Shown in pieces: positions 26,048 to 39,596 of a stretch of DNA of 64,000 bases. How positions within the stretch are numbered: the first letter of the stretch is position 1; the number at the start of each line of letters is the position of its first letter. The notes beneath the pieces were generated by a model. It saw only the letters and a list, made by a program, of their open reading frames with translations. It searched no databases and was not told where the DNA came from. The stretch comes from Botryllus schlosseri (taxonomy: Eukaryota), in the NCBI GenBank assembly GCA_051294905.1, contig CM119371.1, forward strand, positions 32,862,001 through 32,926,000, written 5' to 3'. The position numbers and the translations under genes were made by a program.

Positions 26048-26757
26048 CAGTGGTTCCCAACCGGGGGGGGGGGATTCCCTCCTTGGGAGGAATTTCGAAA
26101 TTTTTCGGGGGGAATCTGGCTTAATTTTTTTAGGTGCAATCTGGTTTTGGCATTGTATCGGGTTTATATGTTTTTTAGATTTTTATGGTATAGAACTGTT
26201 AAGTGGAAATTAGTTCCTTACAATTGTATGTTTCTTTGGCGGATTTCAAGCTAGGTGTATGTTTAAATGCCTTCCGTAGATATTACACCCCTGACAAAGT
26301 GAGGTTCACGAGACGATTTCGTTGGGTCTGCGACAGTCTCTCGACCAAATTGCTACTAAGCAGAAAAACGTCAAGCCAAATTCAGCACAAGGCCGCTAGT
26401 GAAATTCTTTAACTTTTTCAGTCAACATATGAGCTATCGTGAAAAACATACCAAATTCATCGATTCAACTCAAGTCCATAGCACCATAGCGGACTTGGTG
26501 ATTTATTTTTCATCATCGGCTACCTGACCGGGCAAAAACATGTCAAATTTGACTGTACTTTACCAAAGTTTAGTGCGGTTCGCATTCGCCATAGTTCGGA
26601 CATACCTGAATATGTTTTGCCATTATTTGCTCAGTCAACAAATGGTTGCGCTTTAAAAGCACATTTTTTTAGTCACAGGCAACTTTTTCATAGGGGGGAA
26701 TTTTAGCTCAAATATCGGCCAAGGGGGGCACGAGACGAAAAAGGTTGGAAACCACTG
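26048..26757. mobile_element. hAT-Charlie-like MITE
   Basis: TIR CAGTGGTTCCCAACC / GGTTGGAAACCACTG. TSD GCCTAGGC/GCCTAGTC. Confidence 0.9.
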
Positions 26758-26949
26758 GCCTAGTCGATGTGACGAGGTGGCATGCACACTGAATGAAAAG
26801 TAAAGAAGATAGTATAGAAAAAGCAAGCGACAAGAAATGGGGTGGCATGTCATGGAAGGCGAGATCGATATGTCAGGTCCGGTAATCTTGAGGATGGACT
26901 AGTATTCATTCAGTAGTAAATTTTTGTATTTCGACTTGAATGTGGACAT

Positions 26950-27330
26950 CACCATCGTTTTGACGACGCTGTTTCAATTTCGTCGACTCATTTCCAGCAA
27001 ATCAATGTCAAATTAATTTGTCAATAATTAGCACTTTCATTATCTCAACTCTATCACAGCCCAGCATTAAGATGTAAACCCGTGAAAAAAGCTCCACTTT
27101 CTCTTCAGGCATGCCTGAAACACGATATTTCGTGATATAGAAGTGTCAAAATTAGCCACCGTAAATAGGTACTATGAATTCAGAAATGGTCGAAATTTCA
27201 ATTTTAGATTTCACGGCCTTTACTGACCGGAATTGACCAAAATTTGGTGTATAGCGTTTTTTAGGCAACCTGACGATTTTATCGCTAAGCGAATGAAATT
27301 AGGACAAAAAGTTATTTTTGAACAATCCTA
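26950..27330. mobile_element. hAT MITE related to 17987-18599, left TIR lost
   Basis: Right end AAAAAGTTATTTTTGAACAATCCTA. 8-bp TSD GTGGACAT (26942-49, 27331-38). The LINE reading frame rejoins across it. Confidence 0.8.
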
Positions 27331-28817
27331 GTGGACATGCTTGTCGGCTGTCGGATGGCCGACGGGATACTTTTCCACGCATCAGGTCCGGCTTATTCGA
27401 TAGAGCGATGATCTTTTCGGTCGGTCATATGATATTTGGACGACGTGGACGCACGTGTCTTGTGCACTTTTAATTCCGAGTTAAAGAAGTCATTGAAATA
27501 TTCAGGGCAATGGCCGCAGTGGAACTGATACATAAACTTGGCGATTTCTAGTTTCCACATATCTTCTATGTTTACGACACCGAATCTCTTCAGCAGCGAC
27601 TTGTTGGACGAACAACCAGGCCACTTTGGGGCCCTATAGCTGTGATACGGAGTACGTTATGTTGTAGTTTTTGCAGTGGCTTGAGTGCAGTTTTACTGGC
27701 AGCCCCCAACAGAGGATGCCATATTGTAACTTCGATTGGATTAAGGATTTAAAGAGTATCAGTAAAACCCAGGCTGACATGGCAACCAATCTAAGGCTGT
27801 AGAACATGCCGCACTTCTGTGATGATTTAGTGTCTAAGGACTGAATATGACTCTTCCGGGACATGTCCGAGTCCAGTAAAACCCCGAGATATTTGGCATT
27901 TTCTGTGTTGGAAGAGTACTGACCAGCGATGTCAACGTTTAAGATATGTTTGGAATTTATCGTCAACAATTGGGGTTTCGAGGCGTTTATGCAAAGGTTA
28001 TTTTAGGCCGTTTACTCATGCACTTTGAGGGCATCGAGGGCAGGGCATCGAGCTATGCCGTCGAAGATGCGGAAGAGAGGAGGTGGGTATCATCAGCGAA
28101 CAGTGTAGTGTTCAATGAGGAGGTTTCAAAAATCTCGTTGACATATAACGTGAAGAGGACCAGTCCAAGTATTGAGCCTTGGGGTACACCACAGGTCACC
28201 GTGAGGGGAGGTCAAAATGTTTGAGATTGCAACCATTTGTTGGCGTCCAGTGAGGTAACTTTTCATGAGCTCAAGTTGTGGGCCCCTAAATCCGTAACGT
28301 GCCAATTTCGAGATGAGAATTCTATGATCTATGCAGTCAAACGCTTTTTTTTAGATCCAGAAAAATGCTACATCCCACATATCATGAAGTTGAAAAAATG
28401 GGCGATATACTGTAGGCCTAAATTGTCGCGTGCCAATATGTCATAACTCGTACGCTGCGGCATCGACGTTTTAGCAGTTGCCTTACAAGCAGAGCTAATT
28501 CTTGTGGTCACCCCTTAGTAACACGATAGATACACTAACTAGTGAAAGTTTTTGTTGCACTCAAATCCGTAAAAAGTTGTACTTATTTTTCACAAAAGTT
28601 GCAGTAAAAAGTTGCATTTATGGACAAGTTCCTAAAACGTGCACGGATATGAGATATTCGAATCGATCAGTATCGAATAGGCACTGTAGTAAAGCTCAAT
28701 GTTGGCGACAAATCAATAGCCTGAAAAAATTGACCCACTGATAATGTAATACTCGGCGGTCTAGCCAGAATAATGTAGGCTACGTCAAGTAAGAAAGGAC
28801 GTCAAATTTTTACGACA

Positions 28818-29018
28818 GTGAAATAATCAAGCGATATATTTACATATAGTGCCGAATATTTCCAGTAAAAAGTTAGTTGCATAAAAAATCGAAATAACGT
28901 GCTCAAATATATCTAGGGACATTCTGATTTATGCGTTCCTGCAACGCTTTTATGCAACTGTAACTTTTTACTGGAAATATTCGGCACTATATGTAAATAG
29001 ATCGCTGGATTATTTCAC
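28818..29018. repeat. Inverted repeat / small fold-back, ~70-bp arms
   Basis: GTGAAATAATCAAGCGATATATTTACATATAGTGCCGAATATTTCCAGTAAAAAGTTA.. and its near-perfect reverse complement. Confidence 0.9.
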
Positions 29019-29609
29019 GTATCCACAATCACAGTGACACTCATATTCAGGGTTGTCATCGACATGAACCAAAAATAAGGACAGTCGCAAAATTAGATTA
29101 GTATTCAAAAGCTTTTAGGTTCATACTATGTATTTACGAGCCGTGGCATATCATTTTCCATAATTTTCGCCAGAAACAATCTGCTTCAGCAACTTCTTGT
29201 TATTAGAAAGTACTCTTCTGACAGCTCGGGGCCGAAACAGCACTTCTTCAGCCCCCCCCCCCAAAAAAAACGGTTGGTATCGGGCCTCCATTGGGTGATA
29301 AACGAAATTTCTTCACCTCGTTATGATTAGAGGCGTCAGCCAAGATGGAAAAGGGCTGTTCACCAAGTTTAGACAAAATATTTTTTCAGCGTATGGAGCA
29401 GCAAGAACTCCCGTAACAATGCTTGTAGTCTTGATCATGAATGAATCAAAGCAATCGAGTTGTGTCAAGAGAAAATTTATACGAGTGACGGTAGCCAGAC
29501 GATAGCCAGACTGGTCAAGCAAACAGCTAATCAAAACCACTTACGAACAACCAGTAGCCGCCTACGAATAAAAAAAGGGCAAAACTCGCGTCAAATCCAA
29601 ATTTTTCGA

Positions 29610-29905
29610 CGGTAATAACTCCGCTTCCACTGGTTGGAATTGAGTCAAATTTGGTGAACATCGTTTCTATAGACAACCGAACACTTTATTGGGGTGAACA
29701 GAAACTTTTGATTTTTTTAAAATAATTTTTACATAATAAATAGAAACTTTCCTCTCCTGTAGCAATGCGGCTACTGGTTGGAATTGATCCAAATTTGGTG
29801 TGTAGGCTTAAATTAGGTAACCTAACAATTTTATTAAGTAGCCTAACAATTTTATTAAGTAGCCAGTACAATATGAGAAAAATAAGTCATTTTTAAACAC
29901 CCCTA
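29610..29905. mobile_element. Right-half remnant of the same hAT MITE family as 17987-18599
   Basis: ATAACTCCGCTTCCACTGGTTGGAATTGAGTCAAATTTG matches 18329-18368; ends TTTTTAAACACCCCTA. Confidence 0.7.
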
Positions 29906-31297
29906 TTAGTCAAACTGGTGGTACAGTACTAACACGACCTTGGGCGGAATCGTCAAAGATATGGTGTGGCCAAAACTTGGTCAGATTGTATTGTAAGTCA
30001 AAATAGGAAAGGATATGCCTATTTTGCCAATACCGAGTCGGTAATGGAATCTATTGGTCGAATTACAAGCAAAGGGTCGTGAACGCATAATTTGCAAGCT
30101 AAGTAGCATACCTAGAAATGAAGAGACTTGTGGAGGCACAAAACTTCAGTACCGGTATACAATAGAATAGGCTACTCTGTTTATATTGAAATAAGCCCGC
30201 ATATTTTAGGGGGGTAGTTGTCAGAGATAATCGTCAGCAACTAGTAAAGAATTCAAATAAACTTTGTATATCAACAGTCGTGTCACCAATTATAACGGCA
30301 CGAGTTTATATCAAATATGGATATATTATTCAATTGTATAGTCAGAATTTCCCAATAAAACTAACTCATTACCCACAGTGCAAAGTTAGTATAAGTCTTG
30401 TATGTACAGTTAGAAAAAAATCGTGCATAAAGCACGTTCCCGTAAGATATCCGGATATGTTTGTATTGGAGATGCACAGATCATGTTTCTCGTCTATACG
30501 TTAGTATTACATTCGCCTCCGCCCATCTTTGTGGGAATGGATTTTCGGCGCCCGCTCATATATCAAACCGAAAGCTCGGATATTTAAGGCACTCACACAT
30601 TTCGTGAAATGCAGCTGCAGAATTCGCTTTCAAATATTAAAAGTCGGCCCAATTTCTACATATGGTAGCCTATGATGTTATTATTATAAAAAGCTCATCT
30701 TGTTGCCATCTACATGCAATATTTGAACAAGACAGATGACGGTTGCTCGATACTTGAGCTAAATTTAAACTAAAACACGAATGGGTCCGCGGGGGTCCTT
30801 GGCGGTCCAAAAGTAGTCCGCGACAACAGAAAAGTTGAGAACCACGGGTGTAGGACAGCTTATACGTGCTTCCAGTAGTTGATTTTCTGAAATTGATTGC
30901 CACTTTCAGCGATCCAGGGGACCCTGAGTTTATTGCCTAATGCTCTTCAGGGAGTTCCTGAATGGGAAAAGATTCGAATCGATCGATATACGCCTAGCCC
31001 AACACGAAAGAGTCGTACATTATTATTACTATAAAGTATAAATATCATGTGACATGAAAGTCGGCGAATCAGTGACTTTTTTGCAATGAATCGTGTTTCA
31101 TAAAACTGCGTTTCATACAACCGGTAGTCTCAACCATCTCCATTTCATACATGCCCGTGGAAACGTGTAGCATATTAACATTGAAAATGGACTCAATTCA
31201 ATGTCTGAGGCTTGGGTCGCGAGATATCGGTAGAATTCAAATTTAAGTCGCGCAATAAAAAGTTTAAGAACCACTGGTCTAAGTAGACCTACTATAA

Positions 31298-32351
31298 CAG
31301 GGGTTCTTAAAAAGTATGAGTCGCCACCCAAACATGGGTGATGAAGGGGATAAATTTAAGACGCGTCCGCTCCAAGGCTATATATTGTTAAACTTATTGC
31401 AACAAAATATTCTTCGCGCATGGTTTGTACATGTTCAAGGTCACTGGATTGGGTACTATATAGCCGAAATTCCAGATACATAGAAAAGCGGGCATTACTA
31501 TCATAATACGTGATGTAGGCTAACTACTGGAATTCTTTATAGGGCCAGATTTCGTTAAAATCAAGTTTTTTCATGAAAAAATTTGTCAGTTTTTGCGACA
31601 AAAAGTTTTTTTAGGGCGAACGACTTCGTAAGGACAGAAAAGTACGAACCAGAAATTATAAGAAGTATAATTCAAACATTATGTGGGAAAACACCTAATG
31701 TGCATACGTTAGGTCAACATTTGGTCAAAATTAAGTTTTTTAAGGTCAAAAAATGTCAAAATTCTGATTTTTAGGTCAAAATCTTCCGTTTTTTTCTCGG
31801 TTAAAAATAGTCCTACTTATCAATAAACAATCTAGCCGTTTCAAAAAGGTACTGATCCGGGTCTGTTCCATTCAGTTGGGGTGCTTTTGTCAAGGACTAT
31901 GCAACGGTATTTCGAGGCAGCCGATTCCGCGAGCGCTAGGACTTATGAAAACATGAAACATGCAATGCAAAAATACTCGGATAAATGTGATCACCTTGAC
32001 CCAGAATGATCGTTGCTGGTTGGCCAAAACCTTCAATAGTAATATGTTCGGTATTCGGAATGGTCTGCACTGAATCGTCTTGACCTTGCGATCTGAACCC
32101 CACAGTACATGTGTATAAGCCCGCATAGGAACATAATACATTGCTATTTGGAATCGCGTGCGTCACACATGTTTCAAAGAACCGCATAGCGTTCAACTGG
32201 TTATCTGCGCCTTCTCTATTTCATTTATACAGGCGCGAAAATAGGTAGCATACTGACATTAAATGTATTCATGTCGATGTATGAGGCTTGGGCCATGAGA
32301 TGAAATAAAACTCAGATTGGGGTCGTGGTCTAGAACGTTTAAGAACCACTG
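31298..32351. mobile_element. hAT-Charlie-like MITE
   Basis: TIR CAGGGGTTCTTAAA / TTTAAGAACCACTG. Perfect TSD TACTATAA. Confidence 0.9.
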
Positions 32352-33044
32352 TACTATAATTATTCAATCGCCAAACCTGGAAGGCCCATTGTCAAAAAAC
32401 ATACATCAGCAAAATGAGCGAGTTTTTTCGTTGTGGCAAAATTAATTGTACGTACATAATGCCAGCTACACTTTAAATTCCAAGCATTCCAATTTATCAC
32501 AAAATGATTTATTTTCCATCTCTCGAGATGCGTGATAGTGAAGTAAATAGACAAGCGGGAGAGTGAGAATGTTTTCGCGTGTGTGACATGAATCGAGCTC
32601 ATTCCTCATTTTCCTGTTATCTCCTAATATTAAGTCGCGCACTCGACGGTGTGTCACGAGCGGGAATTCAGAGAGCGTTGACCTCATTTGCACTGTTGAG
32701 TAGCGGGTGTCGAGTTGCCTGCGTTGCGAGTTGAGCTACTATATTATTCTTAATAGTTTGTGATGGATTGGATATCGAATTGGTTCGATTTTTGTTAGGA
32801 AGCGGTATAGAACAGAGTCACGTCGCTTTATTGAAAGGTAAGTGTTAAGTATATCCAACACCCACATCATGAGAAGCTATTGGTAGATTCTCTTTATTAA
32901 CGGTATGCCGAATATAGAGTGGTGTCTTCCATTGCAACAGCTTGACTATTATTTTTGTCGTGCAGCATCGCTTTTTGGTTCATTGTAAGCTTTCAGATGC
33001 AGATAGTACAGCTGTTCTTGAATTTTGCCTTATACTGGTAACAG

Positions 33045-33569
33045 CAGGTTTGCAATGACTCGACTCGAGTCAGTTTCTTAGAAATGAAAAATGACTCGAC
33101 TCGACTCGAGTCAATTTGTGTATTGACCCGACTTGGACTCGAGTCATTGCGCATGACTCGGACCAAGTCATATGACTCGAGACTGGGTCTACCAAGACAG
33201 GCATTGTATTGTGATTTCGAAGAATAGTAAAGTAGTCACACTATTAATATTACGTCTATCGGTACTGGTTCTTGAAAATGCTACCAGAAATAGTTAAAAG
33301 TGAGGAAATTTAGTATATTATGAATGCGAAGCATTCCATAGCACCGAGCAGAGTTGTAAAAAGTGGGTTGCACATGACATTACCTCGGAACTGAACAGTC
33401 AACACAATGATCTGGACTCGGACTCGAGTCGAAACACTTTGACTCGAACTCGACCCTCTATTCCATAACTTGGACAAATACTTGACTCGGTGGTGAATTG
33501 AAAATGACTCAACTTGACTCGAGTCAAAACTATAAAAGGGAGATTGACATGTGACTTGGTAACAACCTG
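33045..33569. mobile_element. GACTC/GACTT-rich hAT-like MITE; inverted partial copy at ~39600-39940
   Basis: CAGGTT...AACCTG ends and GACTCGAGTC motifs. CCAAGTCATATGACTCGAGACTGGG (33162) has its reverse complement at ~39916-39940. No TSD recognised. Confidence 0.6.
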
Positions 33570-33902
33570 TCCTTGTTATTGACACAATCAGTTCTTCACA
33601 GAGACTGATACAACTCGACGGCGAGTTGGACTGGAGCAATCGTTGCGAGTAATGACTGACTAACTATAATTAACTGGCTAATAAGTCCAGACACAGTAAG
33701 TTTCCCCTTGTGTGTATTGTAGAATGTCGAAATGTCGGCAACTTTTTCTGGGAAGTGAAGTAGGCCTACTTGGCGGGTCAGAAGCCAAAATCGATACATT
33801 AAACGCGTATTTATACATCTAGGAATAATCGTATTTAATGTAAACTTGTTTGAAGCATAAAGCCCCAAACAGTATTCAATGAATTTATCAACGTAATGCA
33901 GT

Positions 33903-34330
33903 TAGGGTTGCATTTAAAACAAAAATCAATTTAAAACAAACATGTTTAAAACAATACCCTAATTTAAAACATGTTTTTTTATTGTTTATTTTTCTGTTTT
34001 GCTTTTAGCCATGCCGTCACGAACATTCAATTGTGACGCCATAGTGGAATAACATTGTCGATTGAAAATATAGGGTAAATATAGATCCTTTGACGAAATA
34101 TCTGTACTATTAATGTTGAACCGACTATTTTTGGGGCTCCAACCATCCCATATCGATATATGTCGGCTACATCGGATGGTAATTGTCCGTAGGCCCATAC
34201 AGCATGTTTTTGGAAAGTATTTACACAACTTGAAAAAACACAATTTTTTTAAAAGTTTTTTTTCAAAACACTGTAAAACATGTTTGGAACAAAGTGTTTT
34301 AAAACACCGTTTGTTTGAAATGCAACCCTA
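33903..34330. mobile_element. hAT MITE
   Basis: TIR TAGGGTTGCATTT / AAATGCAACCCTA with AAAACA subterminal repeats. TSD not recognisable. Related ends near 38480-38545 and 42826. Confidence 0.75.
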
Positions 34331-34576
34331 AAGTATTTTAATAGCTGTTGAAGTAAATGAGGTCAATGTGGTCGATCAAAGTTGTCAACAAGTTCTTTGA
34401 ACGCTGGCTGCATGTAGGATACAAAGAAAACAAAGACTTGAAGAAAAATTCCCAATCACTAATACTTGTGTCAGAAAAAAAGAACGAATAACCCACTATA
34501 TCACTATATTTTGACGTGGAAGGTATTATGTACTGGAGAAATGCGGCAGACTGTGGCCATATTATTACTAAGAGTG

Positions 34577-34909
34577 TCTGTCTGTCCGCGGGCCGCTCAA
34601 AATCCCTTCGTGGACCGTATGTCACTTGCCTCTGGTTTGTTTGTGTTGGGGTATTCATGGTGTTTGTCGACTACTATGGTCATTCAAACCAGGCCGTTAT
34701 CATTCTTATTTTCCGTAACTGCCGACTTATAGCACGGCCCACCTCTAGGCTTTAGTAAGACACCCCTGACGCGGATGAGGTGTCGAGGAGGAGCCTAGGT
34801 AAACCTCCAACACTTAGGTATCGAAATTCGGAAGTTGACCTCGGTCGGACTCGAACCCGCACCCCCTGGTGTTGCAGCCGCGGATTATACCACTGCGCTA
34901 TCTCGCCAC
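34577..34909 (-). mobile_element. tRNA-derived SINE
   Basis: Minus strand GGCGAGATAGCGCAGTGGTATAA (A box)...GGTTCGAGTCC (B box) followed by a body shared with 37742-37915 and 39301-39596. Confidence 0.85.
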
Positions 34910-37741
34910 TCTTGCCTCTGGTACAATGTATTGTATCCGTAATAGGCTTGAGCTCATGCGTACATGCCAGTCACGCAGCTTCTCCGTGCTGACGAACGTA
35001 CGCGTAAGATCCATTCTTATACGATCTACACACACACGATAAGGAATAACATACAGTCACTGAAATTACACGCAGTAAATTAGTAGTGGGGGATTGCGGC
35101 AGAATGTGGCCGCGGACCACAATATAATGTACGACCGCGCGAAAACTGTTCGGCGGGCCGATCAAAATCACCTCGCGGGCCAAATCCGGCCTACGGGCCG
35201 TATCTTGCCCGTTCCTACCGTAGTGTATGTTGTCTTCAACTTTCGAATGTTATGACTGGATTTTTGAACAAAACATTCCTATATTCAATCGAAATAATAT
35301 TTATGTCGTATTCTATTGTGATATCGCATGGAGCATAACCGCAAGGCCGACAAATATTTATTGGTTTCCAAGATTATCCTTTTCGAAATGCCTTCTTTTT
35401 ACCAATAATTTTGAGCCGGGCTATCGAAATTACAGATATTACTACGTGTGTCCAAGATGCGTTAAAATATGGCTGGCTCTGATATTGCTGAAGAGATTTA
35501 CTATCAATTCGGATGCTTGAGTTTGGAGGGCATAAGGTGATTATTGTACTGTATATCACGATGATAACTCAGAATCATGTTAAACGCTGAATGATCTGGT
35601 TAACTATAAATTTTGTGAAGTCATCTACCTTAGCGCGAAACCAGGACCGTAACTGCCGCACCCCAAACCCCAAATGGGATGGGGCGTGGGGCAACTCAGA
35701 GAATGCTCAAAATTATTTCGTGAATGAATATAAATTATTGAGTCATTATTGAACATTTATTCAACTTTATTGAAATTACTTTCGGACTATAATTTTGCGC
35801 GATATAATATTGCTAAATATCTTGATCATTGGGTAACCTTCCGCAAAATAAAAGACACGTGATTTATAGAAATGGGCATTTCGTCGTCTGCCATTACCGC
35901 GCCACGACGCACCAGGACATATGAATGACCATTTAACTAGTAACATGCCACTCCAAGAAGTATCCAAACACGATTGGCAGGGCCTCAATGCCTGGCGCCG
36001 AAGGTTCTTGTCCTGGGCATCTGAACCCAACAAGACAAATGCCATCCCGCATGGAAAAATTATTTGCCAGTGAAGAAGTATCAACTTAAAATCGTGTGCG
36101 TCATGGGTTCAGTATGTTTGGACTATTTCAATATCCTTTGCCAGATAAGATCATTATACCATCAGGCCCGTCCGCCTAAATATGTTTAATTATTTTTTTA
36201 CGGGCCTACCATTTCCAAAACTACACCTCACTCAGTTCTACCGGTATATTGGATTGTGGGCAAAGAGATGGAAAAAATTATTGCAATATATATGAAATCC
36301 CAGATATTTGTCACCGATTCAATCATGAGTTACAGAAAATGTTCGCGATATAAACTATCTCAATAATAAAAATAATATATATATCGCTCACATGTATTGG
36401 TTAAAACGTAAATCCTATAATCCTATGATTTATTCCCCTATGGGTAACCAAGGCCAATGTTTTTCTATTTTTTTTGGGAGGGGGGTGATGGTAGGGAGGG
36501 TTGACGAAGTGCTGTTTCGGCCCTGGTCATACCTATACTAATAGTATTGGAAGCAGGACTGGACTTTATATATATATCATTAGTTGATTGTGTAAAGCAT
36601 ATTGTCTAGCAGGGGCCATATCATGAATCTCTGATCGCTATATAGGCAATACAGTGATTGATTCAATCCATCAGACGGCGGGAAATTATTAGCATACTTA
36701 ATTGAGTAGATTGAGCGAGATGCGTAACTTGAATTTTTCTATTTCAGCAACGACAGAGACAATAAATATGTAAACATTATGGAACAACTAAAAGAGGATG
36801 TAGGGGAAATACTAAAGAGGCATTATGAAGTGAAATCTCAAATTCAGCTGACTGGAAGTTCTGCACGTCTGATACTCTTTGTTTTCTAAGGGGCCTGATG
36901 AAGTTATCCTGTTCACACGCCCACCCAACAAGCTCGAGAAATACCATAACGGACGGAGACGACTAATTCGTATAAAACATATCTGCAACCCTCTCGAAGA
37001 TTATTGGAAATGCCACATAAGATACAAACCGAAATGTACCGTACAAATTAGCATTCTATTTGTGGGTATGAATCCGGCTCCTTCTGCTCCGTCCGGTGTA
37101 AGTATGGATTTCTTTGGTTGCCCAAATTGGAAACAAATCAGTACGTGGCTGCTACGTCATGGCCATGGTACAGCATTGAGTTGTGATTAGGGCGATTTTT
37201 TGACCTAGTAACGGAAGCCGTTGCACTAAAAGATGAAAATATCGACATTGTTTTACGTTAAAAAACTTCATTTTGACAAGACATTGCCCTCGTGTATGTA
37301 AATTAGACGCTTTCTCATGTAGCCCACTGTTAAAATTGTACTACTTTTCTTCATTTCTGGTTCGAACTGTCTGTCCTTGCGAAGTGGCTTGGCCTCAAAA
37401 TACGTTTAGACTTAAAAATGACACATCACATGAAAATACTTTATTTTAACGAAATCTGGACCTATGAAATATTCCAGTAGTCACATTATACGCATTATGA
37501 CACAAATAATTTGAATGTGTTGTAGTACAAGACAAGGAAAGATACTTTACTGCATGGTCACATATCGAACGGTTGGATTATAAAGTAGGCTACATGCTCT
37601 AAAATGTCAAATGATAAGTTCACCGACAGTGCAAACATCTACGATATCAGGTTGCAAAAATGTTTGACTTTGTAAGCAATATTGACAACTTTTGGACGTA
37701 ACGGTACAATTGCCTCAGTAATGATATTTTACGATCCCAGT

Positions 37742-37915
37742 TTCCTCCTCGCCATCTCATCCGCGTAAGTGGTGTCTTAAAAAAAGCCTAGATGTGGGAC
37801 GTGCTACAAGTCGGTAGATACGGAATAAAAAAATAAAGAATATCGGCCTGGTGTATACGACCAGTAAACACAGTAGTCGACAAACACCATGAGTATCACA
37901 AACACCGACACCAAC
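37742..37915 (+). mobile_element. 5'-truncated copy of the same SINE
   Basis: CTCATCCGCGTAAGTGGTGTCTTA..AGCCTAGATGTGGGACGTGCTACAAGTCGG..GTAGTCGACAAACACCATGA matches the reverse complement of 34650-34790. Confidence 0.8.
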
Positions 37916-39300
37916 GATCCCGGTTTCGTCGTGACGATGTAGTACAGACGTCCCCAACCAGGGGTTGGGAGGGATTGCTTACTATAGGTAAGAATTTGTT
38001 AATTTGTAGAGGTAATCTGTCTCTAGGAATGCCAACGCTTGTGGAAGGTACACTCGAACACCTTTTCACATTTGTGATTACCACCTTATCGGGGCCAAGC
38101 CATTACGTCACGAATATCTAATTGTGACGTCACAATTGATTGTCATTGACAATGGAAAATATTGGGTAAATATGGCTCTGTTGACGAAAAGGGCTTCCGA
38201 GTTCCGACCTTCATAAACAGATCAAAAATATTTTTAACCAGAACTACATCGTTACGGAGCATTTTTAGAGTCGGCAGTAATCTTCATTATAACTCATTCC
38301 GTACCAATTATCCATATATACTTGTTATAATTGTCGAACCAAGGACTGTATCGAGGGTTCTGTCGACTCCATATCGTATACGTCTACTAGATTAGACGCA
38401 AATCGTCCGTAGCTTCATACTACAAGTTTTTGCACAATTATAGCATAATTATACAACGTTTGAAAAAAATACAAATAAAAAGGCATTTGTTTGAAACATG
38501 TTTTGAACAAACTGTTTTAAAATACCGTTTGTTTTAAATGTAATATTGGGGTCAGCAATTTTGAAATAAGTTATATGGATAAGTGTATAGGCTACCTGAC
38601 ATTATTTACTTCGTGGTCGCTTAAAAAGTTCGTATTGGGAGCCGTAAATTACTCATACTGTTGTGGCGCCATAATTGTGGGTACTTGAAGTTTCATTCTC
38701 GCCCCGAAAACGAATAACTCGATACTCGATGTTTCCCAAACCTAATCTTAACGACTGTGTCCATGTTGTCATTCTTTTGTCGCCCAAGCGCTTAAATCTC
38801 AAATGTAAATCCTCAAATCGTATATGTGAGAGGGAAAGAGAGAGTCTTTATTTTCATTCAACCAAAATACATAACAAACGGCAGTGATGGTGTTACAGAA
38901 AATATGCATGCACAGTATATTCGGTAATAAATAGGAATTATCGATAAGGCCGTGAAGTTCATCTAGTCTGATCACAGCAGCATCAAACAGGTAGGCTACA
39001 CTTGACTCTGAACAGTCTGGTTGTGAAAATTGTTGGTTAGAAAAGGAAAATAGAAGAAAAATCAAACGATGGTAGCAAATGATCAATGAAGCAATGTCTG
39101 GGCGAGGTAGGGCAACAGTGTTAATGTGAATTTAGTTTCTCAGCTAGTAATGGCGTAGATGGCATTGCTTATTAGCTTCATAAGTCTTATTTTCGACAAT
39201 ATCCGATTATGATAAGTATGTAGAGTATTTCCCCGGCAATCGCTTTCACGATCCATGTTTGTCTGATTGATAGCCTCTACAAACAAGAACAAATTCCGTC

Positions 39301-39596
39301 GTGGCGAGGTAGCGTAAGTGGTATAGTTTCAACAGTTGCAACATCAATGGGTTTCGGGCTCGAGTACGACCGAGGTCGACACCAGAATTCCTTCCTTATT
39401 ATTGGAGGTTTTAGCAAGGCTTCTCTTCGTCATATCATCCGCGCAAACAGTCACTTGAATAAAATGACAGAAGCGGGCCTTCCTTAATGTCGGTAGTAAC
39501 GGAATCACAATAAAGAAAATTGGCCTGGTGATTAAATGACCATTGACGCCGACAAACACCATTAATACCACATACCAGAATCGCAACCAAGTCACA
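39301..39596 (+). mobile_element. Diverged full-length copy of the tRNA-derived SINE
   Basis: GTGGCGAGGTAGCGTAAGTGGTATA...GGGCTCGAGTACGACCGAGGTC...CGACAAACACCAT. Confidence 0.8.

Larger units (their letters stand above)
25910..28365 (-). mobile_element. 5'-truncated CR1/L2-group LINE remnant with two nested MITEs
   Basis: Minus-strand RT motifs LDLKKAFDCIDHRIL, GVPQGSILG, LFADD, KYLGVLLD; C-terminus ...MSTFKSKYKNLLLNEY*; (CAT)n tail at 25910-24. Confidence 0.85.

Noticed and set aside
34835..34909. tRNA gene
   Set aside because: It has A and B boxes but no proper acceptor stem, and it continues into a repeated SINE body.
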